Shown: in pieces, positions 12,192 through 23,972 of the stretch | Position numbering within the stretch: the stretch's first letter is position 1 | Layout of the letters: each line of letters starts with the position of its first letter | NCBI RefSeq assembly: GCF_964213995.1 | Contig: NC_135830.1 | Coordinates: 4,650,001-4,714,000, forward strand | DNA length: 64,000 nucleotides | Source: Mustelus asterias | Lineage: Eukaryota | Direction of reading: 5' to 3' | The notes under the pieces: model-generated | Database searches by the model: none | What the model saw: only the letters and a program-made list of their open reading frames with translations | What the model was told of the DNA's origin: nothing | Made by a program: the position numbers and the translations under genes

Positions 12192-14798
12192 CTATTGTTT
12201 AAAACCACCAGTGAGCATGGTGAAGGGACAGATCAGCAATTTCCTAAGCTCCTCTCTAAACTTGTTCTGGGCGACTGCGTAGATGAAGACGTTGTTGCAG
12301 GAACTGAGTGTCTGGAGCATGTTAGCTGCCTCTTGAAGGATATAGTCTGCGTTATTGAAATCCAGGCTGGTGAGGTAGCCTGCACTTGCGAGCCGTGCAT
12401 AGAGGAAATGTCCGACATAAGTGACCCACAGGAGAAGAAAGCTGAGTGAGATGGCGAAGAGCAGGACAATGGACCTCCTGCGGTTTTCCATCTCTGGGTC
12501 TCCATGGTTCTCGGTGCCGCGGAGTCTCCTACGGGCTCTGCTGGCCGCTAAGATGAGTCTTACAGTCAGGACGTTGAGTAGCAGGATGAGGAGGAATGGA
12601 AGAAACGGGGTTAAGATTTTGTCGAGCCAGTCATAGGCCAGCCAGGCTGGAGCTGTGTAGAAGGTGACCTTCATGTCGCAGAACCAGGGCACCCCGTCCA
12701 GGGTGTACAAGGGCTGGTAGACGAAGTAGTAAGGGAAGTTTTCCACACAGCTTAGGGCACAGACTATTCCTATAGCCCGCAATGCTGTTTTCTCGGTGCA
12801 GTATCTCGTCTTCAGGCTGTGACAGCAGATGGCCACGAAACGGTCGATGGTGAAAGCCACAGTCAGCCAAACTGACACATCCCGAGTCGCAAAAACCAGC
12901 AAGGCGCTGACTCTACACCCGGGTGTGGTGGATAGGACACTGTTAGAAAAGTAGATGCGGCCAATCCGATTGAGGATGACGGCAGTAATGATGACCAGGA
13001 AATCGCTCACCGCTATTGCCACCAGGTAGTAAGTGATGCACCGGGAGAGTCCACAACGTCCTCGGCATAAGATTACAATCGCCAACAAGTTGGCTGTGAG
13101 ATAAAAAGAGTGAACAGTTACAGAGCCAGAATCCAAACACCAGCTACTGACTCACCCAATCAGTTACCGACTCCATCCTGATCTTACCCCTTACCACCCC
13201 CAGACTCCAGCAGTTGGCATTCGTTCAATATCAAATGCTGACCTAAAAATGTGTCATTGTAGACAGCATTGCAACCCGAGCCCGCCACAAACTCTGTTTT
13301 CTGGTCAGCTCAAATTTAGCTCATTTCAAAAAATTGCTGCTGATGCCGTTATTCATGATAGGCCCAGTCCATCAATCAAGTCTATGCTCGCTGGTCTTCA
13401 TTGGTTCGCAGTCCTGCAATGTCTCCTTTCTCAGAATTTCATTCTTCTCATCTTGAATTCCTTCCATATTCTGGTCACTCCAGGTCCCTGTAACTTCCTG
13501 CAGCCAACTGAATTCACAGTTTACCTCCAACTCTGCCCCGTTGTGTGTTTATCCTGCCATTGCAGTTATGCCTTCAGCTGCCGAGGCCCTAATCTCTGTA
13601 AATTCTGTTTTCAACAGCTGTTTCTCGCCATCCTCCTTTAGGACGTTCATTTTACCCTGACTATTTGATCTACTTATGTCGTTCGGTTTCAAATGTCTTT
13701 GATAAAGTTCCCGCCATACGTACTGCAGTGGCTGAAGAAACAAGAACAACTATACCTTTCTTACTGGCAACTGTAGATAAGCAATAAATGTTGACCTGGC
13801 CACGGACACCCACAAAAATATCCAAAATAAAAGTCAACTGTACAAAACCGATCAGCACAAGAAAAACATGCATAGCAAATTTAAAATCTTGATTCTCCAT
13901 TCAGGGAACCCTACAGTGCAGAAGGAGGCCATTCAGCCCATCGAGTCTGCACTGACAACAATCCCACCCAGGCACTAACCCCATGAGCTCATGCATTTAC
14001 CCTAGCTACTCCCCCTGAAAATAAGAGGCAATTTAGCATGGCCAATCCACCTAACCTGCACATCTTTGGACTGTGGAAGGAAACCGGAGCATCCCCTTGA
14101 AGCCTTTCCTGAAATAATTCCTATAACCCCATTAACATTGAGGGCTGCCCAGTAATACATCAAGGCATTGTAACTATTAAGTCGATGCCGACGTCGTGCT
14201 GTAAATTCTTGTAATCACGATAAGATTTTAAAAAAATATTCAATTTCATTTAATTCAAAGAATGCAGTGTAATAGTTAATTCGCCGATGCTGTAATAAGA
14301 TCACTGCATGGAAATGCATGTTACTTCGCTGTTATGCGGTATTATTGCAAAATAGCATTCAGAACACCAGCGAATTTTACGACATCTAATGAAACTCAAA
14401 GTCGAAAATATAATAGATGCAAAGCCATCAATTATAATCCAAATTAGGCAACCCAATAAAATGCATTTCTAACTTTGTGTGCAGCACAGTAATTTGAATA
14501 ATGTCTTGGAATATTCCCTGATTCAATCAAATAAATCATAGAATTTACCATTACATTTTAAAATATCAAACAAGGCACCTATAGACGTATATTGGTACCC
14601 GGTTGAAGTCCCTTAAACTCATCATTGCTGAATAGTAGATACAATGAGCCCGTTCCTGAAAGAGAAGAGACACAATTTATTGTTCTTTTTAAACAACATA
14701 AATAACTTATTTGTGATCCATCACTTACCAGGGGCACCGATAGAAGCAAGAACAGGATAACAAATGGCATAGAAGAGGCCTTTCGCTGGTCCGTGCAT
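12192..14798 (-). CDS. Two-exon class A GPCR of the GPR139/GPR142-related chondrichthyan family, 323 aa: join(complement 14729..14798, 12192..13093)
   Basis: Exon 1 encodes MHGPAKGLFYAICYPVLASIGAP and ends in CCTG|gtaagt. Exon 2 starts tttttatctcacag|CCAAC (phase 1; ANLLAIVILCRGRCGLSRCITYYLVAIA) and is open to the stop. 70+902=972 nt. Seven hydrophobic segments, WLTVAFTIDRFVAIC (DRY to DRF), TM3/ECL2 Cys pair, and TM7 SSCNNVFIY. Confidence 0.92.
13905..14093 (-). mobile_element. HE1-type SINE 3' half in the GPCR intron
   Basis: accctacagtgcagaaggaggccattcagcccatcgag...ggaaaccggagc. Confidence 0.85.
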
Positions 14799-15222
14799 CG
14801 TCTCTCAGAAACTAGACGGTTCTCAGAAGCTTAATGCTTAGCTCTGGGACACATTCAATGAGGCCCTCATTTATTCTGAATCAGAATCTCTTGGGGGCAA
14901 TTAAGTAACAAACTGCAGCTTACTTACGTTTCGGTAAATAAACACATCAACTCACCATTTCACGTCTTCCACTTGCCACATTGGCAGCGTGGACGATTCC
15001 TTTCTTATAGATGGCCGGAATTTATGCGCCTGAATGTTTCACACACATAATTTTTAAAAAGTTTCAAGTTTAACGAACAAATAATTCTTCAATTTCTTCC
15101 ATTTCAAAATAGTTGACTTTGTTTAAAAGCTGGCGATGGTCAATCTCAAATAACCACAATGGGATCTGTATTACCCGGTGACTTGATTCCTATTTTTGGT
15201 CAGTTATGTTTGCAATTCAGTG

Positions 15223-16440
15223 NNNNNNNNNNNNNNNNNNNNNNNNNNNNNNNNNNNNNNNNNNNNNNNNNNNNNNNNNNNNNNNNNNNNNNNNNNNNNN
15301 NNNNNNNNNNNNNNNNNNNNNNNNNNNNNNNNNNNNNNNNNNNNNNNNNNNNNNNNNNNNNNNNNNNNNNNNNNNNNNNNNNNGAGAGACAGTGAGAGAG
15401 AGAGTCAGAGAGAGAGACACACACACAGAGAGACAGAGAGAGAGAGAGACACGCAGAAANNNNNNNNNNNNNNNNNNNNNNNNNNNNNNNNNNNNNNNNN
15501 NNNNNNNNNNNNNNNNNNNNNNNNNNNNNNNNNNNNNNNNNNNNNNNNNNNNNNNNNNNNNNNNNNNNNNNNNNNNNNNNNNNNNNNNNNNNNNNNNNNN
15601 NNNNNNNNNNNGAGACACACACACGCACAGATAGAGACACGCACACACACACATTCAGAGAGAGAGGGAGACGCACAAAGAGAGAGAGAGAAACATGCAC
15701 AGAGAGAGAGAGAGAGACCCACGGGGAGAGAGAGACACATACACACNNNNNNNNNNNNNNNNNNNNNNNNNNNNNNNNNNNNNNNNNNNNNNNNNNNNNN
15801 NNNNNNNNNNNNNNNNNNNNNNNNNNNNNNNNNNNNNNNNNNNNNNNNNNNNNNNNNNNNNNNNNNNNNNNNNNNNNNNNNNNNNNNNNNNNNNNNNNNN
15901 NNNNNNNNNNNNNNNNNNNNNNNNNNNNNNNNNNNNNNNNNNNNNNNNNNNNNNNNNNNNNNNNNNNNNNNNNNNNNNNNNNNNNNNNNNNNNNNNNNNN
16001 NNNNNNNNNNNNNNNNNNNNNNNNNNNNNNNNNNNNNNNNNNNNNNNNNNNNNNNNNNNNNNNNNNNNNNNNNNNNNNNNNNNNNNNNNNNNNNNNNNNN
16101 NNNNNNNGATAGACGCACACAGAGAGGGAGAGAGAGAGAGAGAGACGCGCACAGAGAGAGAGAGAGAGACCCACGGGGAGAGAGAGACACACACACACGC
16201 AGAGAGAGAGGGAGACGCACAAAGAGAGAGAGAGAAACATGCACAGAGAGAGGGAGAGGGAGACGCACAGAGAGAGAGAGAGAGAGAGACACGCACACAG
16301 AGTGAGAGACACGCAAGAACAGAGAGAGAGAGAGAGACGCACAGAGAGAGAGAGAGACACACACACACACGTGGACACACACACACACACAAAGGGAGAG
16401 AGAGTCAGACACACAGAGAGGGAGAGAGACAGACACACAT
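15223..16440. repeat. GA/CA-rich compound microsatellite with three N gaps
   Basis: Direct reading. Confidence 0.9.
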
Positions 16441-16842
16441 AGGCAAAGGGATCTGGGTGTGCAGTTACACAGGTCACTGAAAGTGGCAATGCGGGTGGAG
16501 AAGGTAGTCAAGAAGGCATACGGCATGCTTGCCTTCATCGGCCGGGGCATTAAGTTTAAAAACTGGCAAGTCATATTGCAGCTTTATAGAGCCTTAGTTA
16601 GGCTGCACTTGGAACATAGTGTTCAATTCTGGTCGCCACACGACCAGAAGGATGTGGAGTCTTTGGAGAGGGTGTAGAAAAGATTTACCAGGATGTTACC
16701 TGGTATGGAGGGCATTAGCTATGAGGAGAGATTGGATAAACTTGGTTTGTTGTTACTGGAACAACGGAGGTTGAGGGTCGACCTGATAGAAATCTACAAG
16801 ATTATGAGAGGCATGGACAGAGTGGATAGTCAGAAGATTTTC
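16441..16842 (+). mobile_element. CR1 ORF2 C-terminal fragment
   Basis: ORF 16459..16677 KKAYGMLAFIGRGI...QFWSPH. Confidence 0.9.
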
Positions 16843-16883
16843 GGTTATGAATTTTAGGTTATGGAAAACAACTGAGCACATAC

Positions 16884-16956
16884 GCCCGGCTCGCTCGGTC
16901 GGTCGCGCATGAGACACTTAATCTTAGGGTCGTGGGTTCGAGCCACACGTTGGGCG
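16884..16956 (+). tRNA. tRNA-Lys(CTT), probable pseudogene
   Basis: GCCCGGCTcGCTCgGTCGGTcGcGCATGAGACaCTTAATCTtAGGGTCGTGGGTTCGAGCCaCACGTTGGGCG. About 7 substitutions from the vertebrate consensus, including the A-box and U33. Confidence 0.85.
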
Positions 16957-18307
16957 TCATTGCTTTAAACTTTGCCCCATTCCTGGGTGAATTCCAGATT
17001 TCCATTCGTCCAGAAGTGTCATCGCTCAAACTGAGTCTTTCTCCTTTCCACTTTGTTTATCTCACTGTTGTGGGTTTGTGACTGAAAACTGCCTCCAGTT
17101 CAGTGGAAAGCGAGGAGTTTAGCGCTGAATTCAGCGAGAGATTTTGTTCTCATTTATTATGAGATTTAAACCCAGATCTGCGAGATTGTGTCAGTGGGAA
17201 CAATAAGCATCTCCATTGTCACTCAATCGCTGCAGCCTTCCATCCTATCAAAGGACCATTTGTTCTTTCCTCCTCTCTCTCTCTCTATTTTCCTTGACTC
17301 TGTACTTGTTTGTAAACAATTAAATCACTAATTTCTTCCAGTTAGTGTCAAAGGTCAGCAACCTGAATCATTCACTCTCTTTCCCTCTCCACAGAAGCCG
17401 TTGGAGTTGATGAGCGCTTCCAACATTTTCTGTTTTGAGGGGGATTTGCAACAACTGCAATTCCTTGTTTTGGATCACAGTGGATCACTTTCCTCTGACT
17501 GAACCTTACCTGTTTAAACAGTTGAAGGACTGAGGTTTTAAATAATAATATACCAGAATATGTCACCCTGTTTGACATGAAGTGAAACAAAATGAGAATT
17601 AATCATTCCATAAAATGCTGCTAATGCAATATATATTTCATTGTCAATGCCAGCATTTGTTGTCCATCCCTAATTCCCACTGATACACTGCTCTCGTACA
17701 ACTCATGAATTAAGAAGATTGTGTATCGCTTCTTGATCGAAAACCGGAGCGATACTTGTGGCAAGTTGAACAGCAAGGAGGAAAAATCTGCCCCATTCCA
17801 CGATCCTGTCAATTACCCACAACATTTCACATTTACATCAAGAAGTCTCACAACACTATTTGGAATCAGGAGCTTTCGGGGCGCTGATAAAATACAGCAA
17901 ATTTATTTTATTATTGGAGCAAATGACCCTGTTGGACTTTAACATGATGCTGTGAGAATTCTTATTATGCCCATCCCAGTCCAACGCCGTTATCTCGACG
18001 TCATACTTACATTGCAATTGCTGGTACCTCCTGTCAGAATGAGTGAGCGACCTTCTACTGCATTAGATTTCACTGTAGCTCACCACATTCTCAGAGTAAT
18101 GTTTGTTATAAACCTTATTGTGGTAAATCTGTTGAAAAACTTCAGCTTATCACTGCTCTGCTTTCATCACACTGGAAGCTAATGTGAAAAGAAGAACAAT
18201 TTCAAAGCTGAACAACGTGCACAAGGCTGGAAGGAGAATACGACTGTGAATAATTGGCACTGTGCATATTCCTCTACTCAGTATCTGGGAGAATCAGGAA
18301 GATGAAA

Positions 18308-18365
18308 TCCTAGTGGTATGTTGGTTGGGATTCGGCGCTTTCACGGTCACAGATCGGCTTCAATA
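18308..18365 (+). pseudogene. tRNA-Glu(TTC) pseudogene
   Basis: ggattcggcgctttcac anticodon arm is recognisable; the 3' end is lost. Confidence 0.6.
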
Positions 18366-18813
18366 TGCTAAGATTTAAAGTTTTTGATAATCCGTTTAAC
18401 AAACCTGAATTGTTTCCTGATCGAAAACAGCTCGGTCATAAGCAGTGGAGTTCGATCTATAGTTTTGTGTCCGAATTGGAAATGTCACATGAGCAACAGT
18501 TGAAGAATAAACACAGATAGTGAAGGACAGTGATAGGCTGCAAAGCGCTGCCAAGAGAGCTGGGGATGCAAGGTCAAATCTGTGTGACAATGGGGTAGAT
18601 TTTATCGATTAGATTGACACAGCTATCTCCTCGACCTGGATCCAAATCTCAGCCAAATCACAAGAAAACTTCTCGCTAACTTAAGCGCTAAGCTCTTCGA
18701 CTTCACTGAGAAACCAGTAACTGTGAGACAAAGCGGGATGCAGTCTGACCGCTCGATCCCCCTCCACCACTTAATAAGACTATGCTGGACCCAGAGCGCT
18801 CTTTTACAGTTGA

Positions 18814-18885
18814 GGCGGTATAACTCAGTGATCGAGCATTTGACTGCAAATCAAGAGGCCTTCGGCTCAAATCCGAGTGCCCTCG
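18814..18885 (+). pseudogene. tRNA-Cys(GCA) pseudogene
   Basis: ggcggtataactcagtgatcgagcatttgactgcaaatcaagagg...tcaaatccgagtgccc. Confidence 0.8.
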
Positions 18886-19949
18886 TCCTTGTTTAATTGG
18901 TACTCTTTTTAAAAAATTATAACTGTCTTTCATTGGCTGCAAAGCGCGTTGTGACGTCCAACAAACGGGAAATTGGTTAATGACAATCGTCAGTGGAAAC
19001 AGTTTGTGCCTATCTGCTCTATCAAAAGGAACTTTCCCATGTTCAGAGATGCGAGTAACCACGAAATCACAGCAACACTGTGGGGAGTAAAATAGTCAAA
19101 GGGGCTTGCATAGTGTTGTGAACGATGTGGCCACGTTCTAAACTTTGTTTTACAAAAAGAGAATTAGGGTTGGATATATCCCCGACTCGCTGACACCCTA
19201 ATATAGAGTGTCTTAGTCTAAGTGGCAGAATTCGTTATTGCGTTCGACCCTTAAGCAAATGGTTGGTCGTCAGTACATCCAGGGGCGGCGGCTGTACTTT
19301 TATTTTCCCCATAAGCATTCATTGTCGCGCAGTTCCGGCTTGTGAACCGAGGCAACAATCAAAATATTTCTCAAGTGTTGCCGCTCTACTGTTGTCAGGT
19401 GTTGTCAACATTGCTTATTTAATGGATATTCATATCATACCTATTACATGGTATAATATATATTCATTTCAAATATGCAATTAAAGTTAAGAATTAGAGT
19501 CTTGGTTGGATGTGTCTGTGTGTCATTTCTCCGATGAGTCCTCATCTGAGACTGGGAAACAATCTCTCAGTATTCTGTCGACTTCAATAAGATTGTCTCT
19601 CAGTCTTCTAAACTCCAGGGAATTTCAACCCAACGTACACAGCCCCTCATCCCAGGAGAACTCTCTCACCGCAGGAACCTACCAAGTGGACGGTCTCCAA
19701 TGGAAGGGTAGCCTTTCCTTTATAAAAAAGCATTGTTGATATCAAAAATGCACTGAATATTTCACACTTGCTCCCAACAAAACCCTGTATAAATGTAAAT
19801 GGGCGTTTTTATTCTTGTACAGCAATCTGTTGGCAATAAAGACCAAAATGGCATTTCCCTTCCTATTGTTTGCTGCACCACCATGCTAACTTCCTGCGTT
19901 CCTTGTACAAACACACCCAAATCTCTTTCAACATAAACGCTTATAACTA

Positions 19950-20290
19950 GGAAAGACGATGGCCTAGTGGTTTTATCAGGAGACGATTAATCCAGGAACT
20001 CACCCAATTTTATTGGGCCCCGGTTTTGAATCCTGCCACGGCACGTTGTGGAATTTGTATTCAATTAAAACTATCTGGAATTAAGAATCTACTGATGACC
20101 ATGAAACCATTGTCGATTGTCGGAAAAAAAAACATGGAGTTCGGTAATGTGCTTTAGGGGAGGAAATCTGCCTTCCCTTATCCGGCCTGGCCAACATTGA
20201 TTCCAGAGCTGTAGCAAAGTGGTTGACTCTCAACTGTCCCAGGGCAACCAGGATGGGCAATAAATGCTGGCCAGCCGGCGACGCCAATTT
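19950..20290 (+). mobile_element. Second SINE-like interspersed family (other copies at ~39955-40260 minus and ~51550-51840 plus)
   Basis: Shared blocks gatggcctagtgg...ggaattaagaatctactgatgaccatgaaaccattgtc...gggatgggcaataaatgctgg. Confidence 0.7.
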
Positions 20291-20371
20291 CTAATTAATT
20301 AAAAAATAAGTAGGTCACCTGTACACACATTGTCTGGTCTTCCTCAGTTTATGAACAAGAGAATATCTTTT

Positions 20372-20660
20372 TGGGCAACATGGTGGCACTGCTGCCTCAC
20401 AGCGCCAGGGACCCGGTTTCAATTCCCGGCATTGGTTACTGTGTGCAGAGGCTGCATGTTTTTCCCGTGTTGCGTGGGTTTCCTGCGGGTGCTCCTTCTT
20501 ATTCTCACAGTGTGAAAGGTGTGCCGGTTCGGTGCATTGGCCATGCTAAATTCGCTGTCAATTTACCCGAGAAGGTGCCGGTTCTGCCGACGAGGGAATT
20601 GTCACGGAAACGTCATTACAGTATTAATATAAGCTTAATTTTGCCACTAATAAAAAAAAC
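20372..20660 (+). mobile_element. HE1-headed SINE variant with a different 3' tail (tail also at 59318-59448 minus)
   Basis: HE1-like head and core, followed by ...cattacagtattaatataagctt...actaataaaaaa. Confidence 0.7.
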
Positions 20661-21147
20661 CTTTAAATTGTCCAACCTTATACCCGATGCGGTCCAACCA
20701 CTGAGTTATGGAGCCAATTCCTGAGCCCAGCGCGGAGTTAGTGTATCATCATCAGTGGAGCAAAGAAGAGGTTGAATTTTCAGGTGGGTGATATTTGATG
20801 GATATGGAAATATCCGAGGTGGAGAACAAAGAGTTAATCGATGCAACTTGAAAGCAACTTGTGTGTCAGTTGCTTTTGTGATAAATGTCTGCCTTCTTCA
20901 GAGTTTATTGTTATTGTTACATCTCTGCATTTTCCAGCTCTGAAACAATTCATCCAGCTGCGGATTAATGTTGTTTCTCCCTTAACAGACACTGTGACGC
21001 GTGTTTTCGTTTAATGAAGAGTTAAATAGGAAGTTATTCACTTCTTGCCTGGGACTCCAACGCGGAACATGGCGCCGAAACCTGACCACAGCACGCCAGG
21101 AAAGCTAACATCAGAGATTTGAAATTCGTTGATAACCATTTCTGTCT

Positions 21148-21470
21148 TCATAGAACAGTACAGCACAGAACAGGCCCTTCGGCCCACGATGTTGTGCCGA
21201 GCTTTATCTGAAACCAAGATCAAGCTATCCCACTCCCTATCATCCTGGTGTGCTCCATGTGCCTATCCAATAACCGCTTAAATGTTCCTAAAGTGTCTGA
21301 CTCCACTATCACTGCAGGCAGTCTATTCCACACCCCAACCACTCTCTGCGTAAAGAACCTACCTCTGATATCCTTCCTATATCTCCCACCATGAACCCTA
21401 TAGTTATGCCCCCTTGTAATAGCTCCATCCACCCGAGGAAATAGTATTTGAACGTTCACTCTATCTAGCC
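21148..21470 (-). mobile_element. CR1 3' end, same young subfamily as 32661-34326
   Basis: Nearly identical to 32668-32990. Confidence 0.9.
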
Positions 21471-21934
21471 TCATCCCTTCATTTCAAGTCACTTTCGCTA
21501 CTGACATTGTCACACAGTCATTCCAACATCTTATAACCAACTGAAACAAATTATGTCTTCTTGCTTCATGTTCAAATACTTTCGCCTCCAGAAAATCAGT
21601 AGGTGCTGAGCAAAGTGCCGTTTAGTTAAAAATTTATCATCAATTCCGGGCTATAGCGGTGGAAACATTGACTCTGAACCACTAGACCACCCAGGCTCCA
21701 CTATCACTGGCTCAATGTTGCCTTGTCCACGATTCCTGGTGTCATGTAATCCATCCTACCTTGTGCTCTATCACAGAAATGCTTTTTTTCCCCTTCCGCT
21801 GAGTGATTCCTGACTTTACAATCAGAAAATACTGAGAATACTCAGTCGGTCAGTTCATGGTTAGTGACAAACGCGCAAATAATTCCAGTCGTCGAATCCC
21901 TCTGAAATTAAAAACATTTGGATTTTTTTCTGTG

Positions 21935-22145
21935 AAGGCAAAATACTGCGGATGCTGGAACCTGAAAGGAAAATAGAAAAATGCTGGAAAATCTCAGCAG
22001 GTCTGACAGCATCTGTAGAGAGAGAATAGAGCCAACATTTCGAGTCCGGAGCTATGACGAAGGGTCATCCAGGCTTGAAACGTTGGCTCTAATCTCTCTC
22101 CACAGATGCTATCAGGTCTGTTTAGATCTTCCAACCTTTTCTCTG
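21935..22145. mobile_element. Inverted-repeat element built from Penelope-like 3' ends
   Basis: atgctggaaaatctcagcaggtctgacagcatctgt... is inverted against ...acagatgctatcaggtctgtttagatcttccaac. The same sequence follows the PLE ORF end at 47100-47222. Confidence 0.6.
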
Positions 22146-22156
22146 CATGATGAAAG

Positions 22157-22228
22157 CATTTCTGCCGGGATTAAACTGGGGACCTTTCGTGTGTAAGGCG
22201 AATGTGACAATCACAACACCACAGAAAC
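22157..22228 (-). pseudogene. tRNA-Val(TAC) pseudogene
   Basis: Minus gtttctgtggtgttgtgattgtcacattcgccttacacacgaaaggtccccagtttaatcccggcagaaa. Confidence 0.7.
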
Positions 22229-22349
22229 ATTGCGATGCAATGATTCAAGGAAACTGGTTCCAAAACCCGTTAATTGCCAACAATAATTTACGTTTGAGTT
22301 GCATGGAATTCGTGTGAAAACAAAGGTATTTCGTAAAGTAATTAACTGG

Positions 22350-23130
22350 ACATATAAGAACATAAGAAATAGGAGCAGGAGTAGGCCATCTAGCCCCTCG
22401 AGCCTGCCCCGCCATTCAAAAAGATCATGGCTGATCTGAAGAGAATCAGTTCCACTTACCCGCCTGCTCCCCATATCCCTTAATTCCCTTATCGATCAGA
22501 AATCTATCTACCCGTGATTTAAACATATTCAACGAGGTAGCCTCCACCACTTCAATGGGCTGAGAATTCCAGAGATTCACTACCCTCTGAGAGAACAAGT
22601 TCCCCCTCAACTCTGTTCTGAACCGGCCCTCGCTTATTTTGAGGCTGCGCCCTCTAGTTCTGATTTCCCTTCTAAGTGGAAAGAATCTCTCTACCTCGAC
22701 CTCATCCAGCCCCTTCATGATCTTATATGTCTCTATAAGATCACCCCTCAGCCTTCCAAACTCCAACGAGTACAGACCCAATCTGTTCAATCTCTCCTCA
22801 TAAGCTACACCCCTCATCTCCGGTATCAACCTGGTGAACCTTCTCTGCACTCCCTCCAAGGTTAATATATCCTTTCGCAAATAAGGGGACCAAAACTGCA
22901 CACAGTACTCCAGTTGCGGCCTCACCAGTGCCTTGTATAGTTGCAGCAAGACCTCCCTGTTTTTATATTCTATCCCCCTCGCGATAAAGGCCAACATTCC
23001 ATTCGCCTTCTTAATCACCTGCTGCACCTGCAGACTGAGTTTTTGCGATTCGTGCACAAGGACCCCCAGGTCCCTCTGCACAGTAGCATGATGTAATTTT
23101 TTTTCCATTTAAATAATATTCCAATTTACT
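22350..23130 (-). mobile_element. CR1 ORF2 C-terminus + 3' UTR
   Basis: ORF 22446..23108 (220 aa) with a (TTCTTATG)n tail. Confidence 0.95.
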
Positions 23131-23213
23131 ATCATTGTTATTATTATTATAATTATTATTATTATAGCGGTGATGAGATTGAATCACACGCTTCAACCAG
23201 TATTACTGCACTG

Positions 23214-23422
23214 TAAGTAGTCTCACAGCACCAGGTTGAAGTCCAACAGGCTTATTTGGTAGCACGAGCTTTCGCAGCACTGTCCCTTCATCAGGTGACT
23301 CAGGTGATGAAGGGGAAGTGCTCCGAAAGCTTGTGCTACCAAATAAACCGGTTGGAATTTAACCTGGTGTTGTGAGGCTACTTACTGTGCTTACCCCAGT
23401 CCAACGCCGGCAACGCCACATC
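23214..23422. mobile_element. Palindromic Penelope-like terminal-repeat element with hammerhead-like cores and a TSD-like flank
   Basis: Arms of ~85 bp are inverted around 23297-23302. attactgcactg (23202-23213) and attactgctctg (23423-23434) flank it. A half copy sits at 37875-37998. Confidence 0.65.
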
Positions 23423-23697
23423 ATTACTGCTCTGAGCTCATCAACGCTACGAGCAGAACCTATTGATGCCGTATCTGGTATTGCCAGTGAACAGAATTAA
23501 TGGAGTAGAATTGGGTCGCATGACCCATTGAGCCTCCTCCATGACTTAATCAAGGCAGATCCACAGCCTCAATCCCAATTTCCCAGCTTATCCCGATAGC
23601 CCTTCATTCACTTACATTCCAACAACTCTCCACCTCAACCTTCAATGTCCTCATCAACTGAAGATCCACAGACCTCCGTGCGGCTACAGAATTGATG

Positions 23698-23972
23698 CAA
23701 GATGGCGCCCGAGCGAGGTGACCTCTTGCAAGCTGTGCCCAGCATACCTTCTAACTCTATCTTTTACTCCTGATCTATGCTTCTAAAACTTCATTCCAAC
23801 TCCTTTAAACTCTCTAACAATGCTTTAATTCAATTTCTTACACCCCAGCTATGACTGTAACACTACATTCTGCACTCTCTCGTTTCCTTCTCTATGAACT
23901 GTATGTTTTCTCTGAATAGCGTGCAATAAACAATACTTTTCGCTGTATGCTCATACATGTGACAATAATAAG
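23698..23972 (+). mobile_element. Short non-autonomous retroelement (aagatggcg 5' end, LINE-like 3' tail)
   Basis: caagatggcgcccgagcg...ctgtaacactacattctgcactc...catgtgacaataataa. Confidence 0.5.

Noticed and set aside
13094-13136. N-terminus MDSGSVTVHSFYLT of the 314-aa ORF
   Set aside because: Non-ATG start within intron sequence. The real start is in exon 1 at 14798.
15159-16574. Long ORFs of 245-429 aa
   Set aside because: Composed of N gaps and GA/CA microsatellite.
19205-19290. Faint tRNA-like fragments (also ~20675-20717 Thr-like, ~24385-24422 Val-like)
   Set aside because: Too decayed to call by eye.
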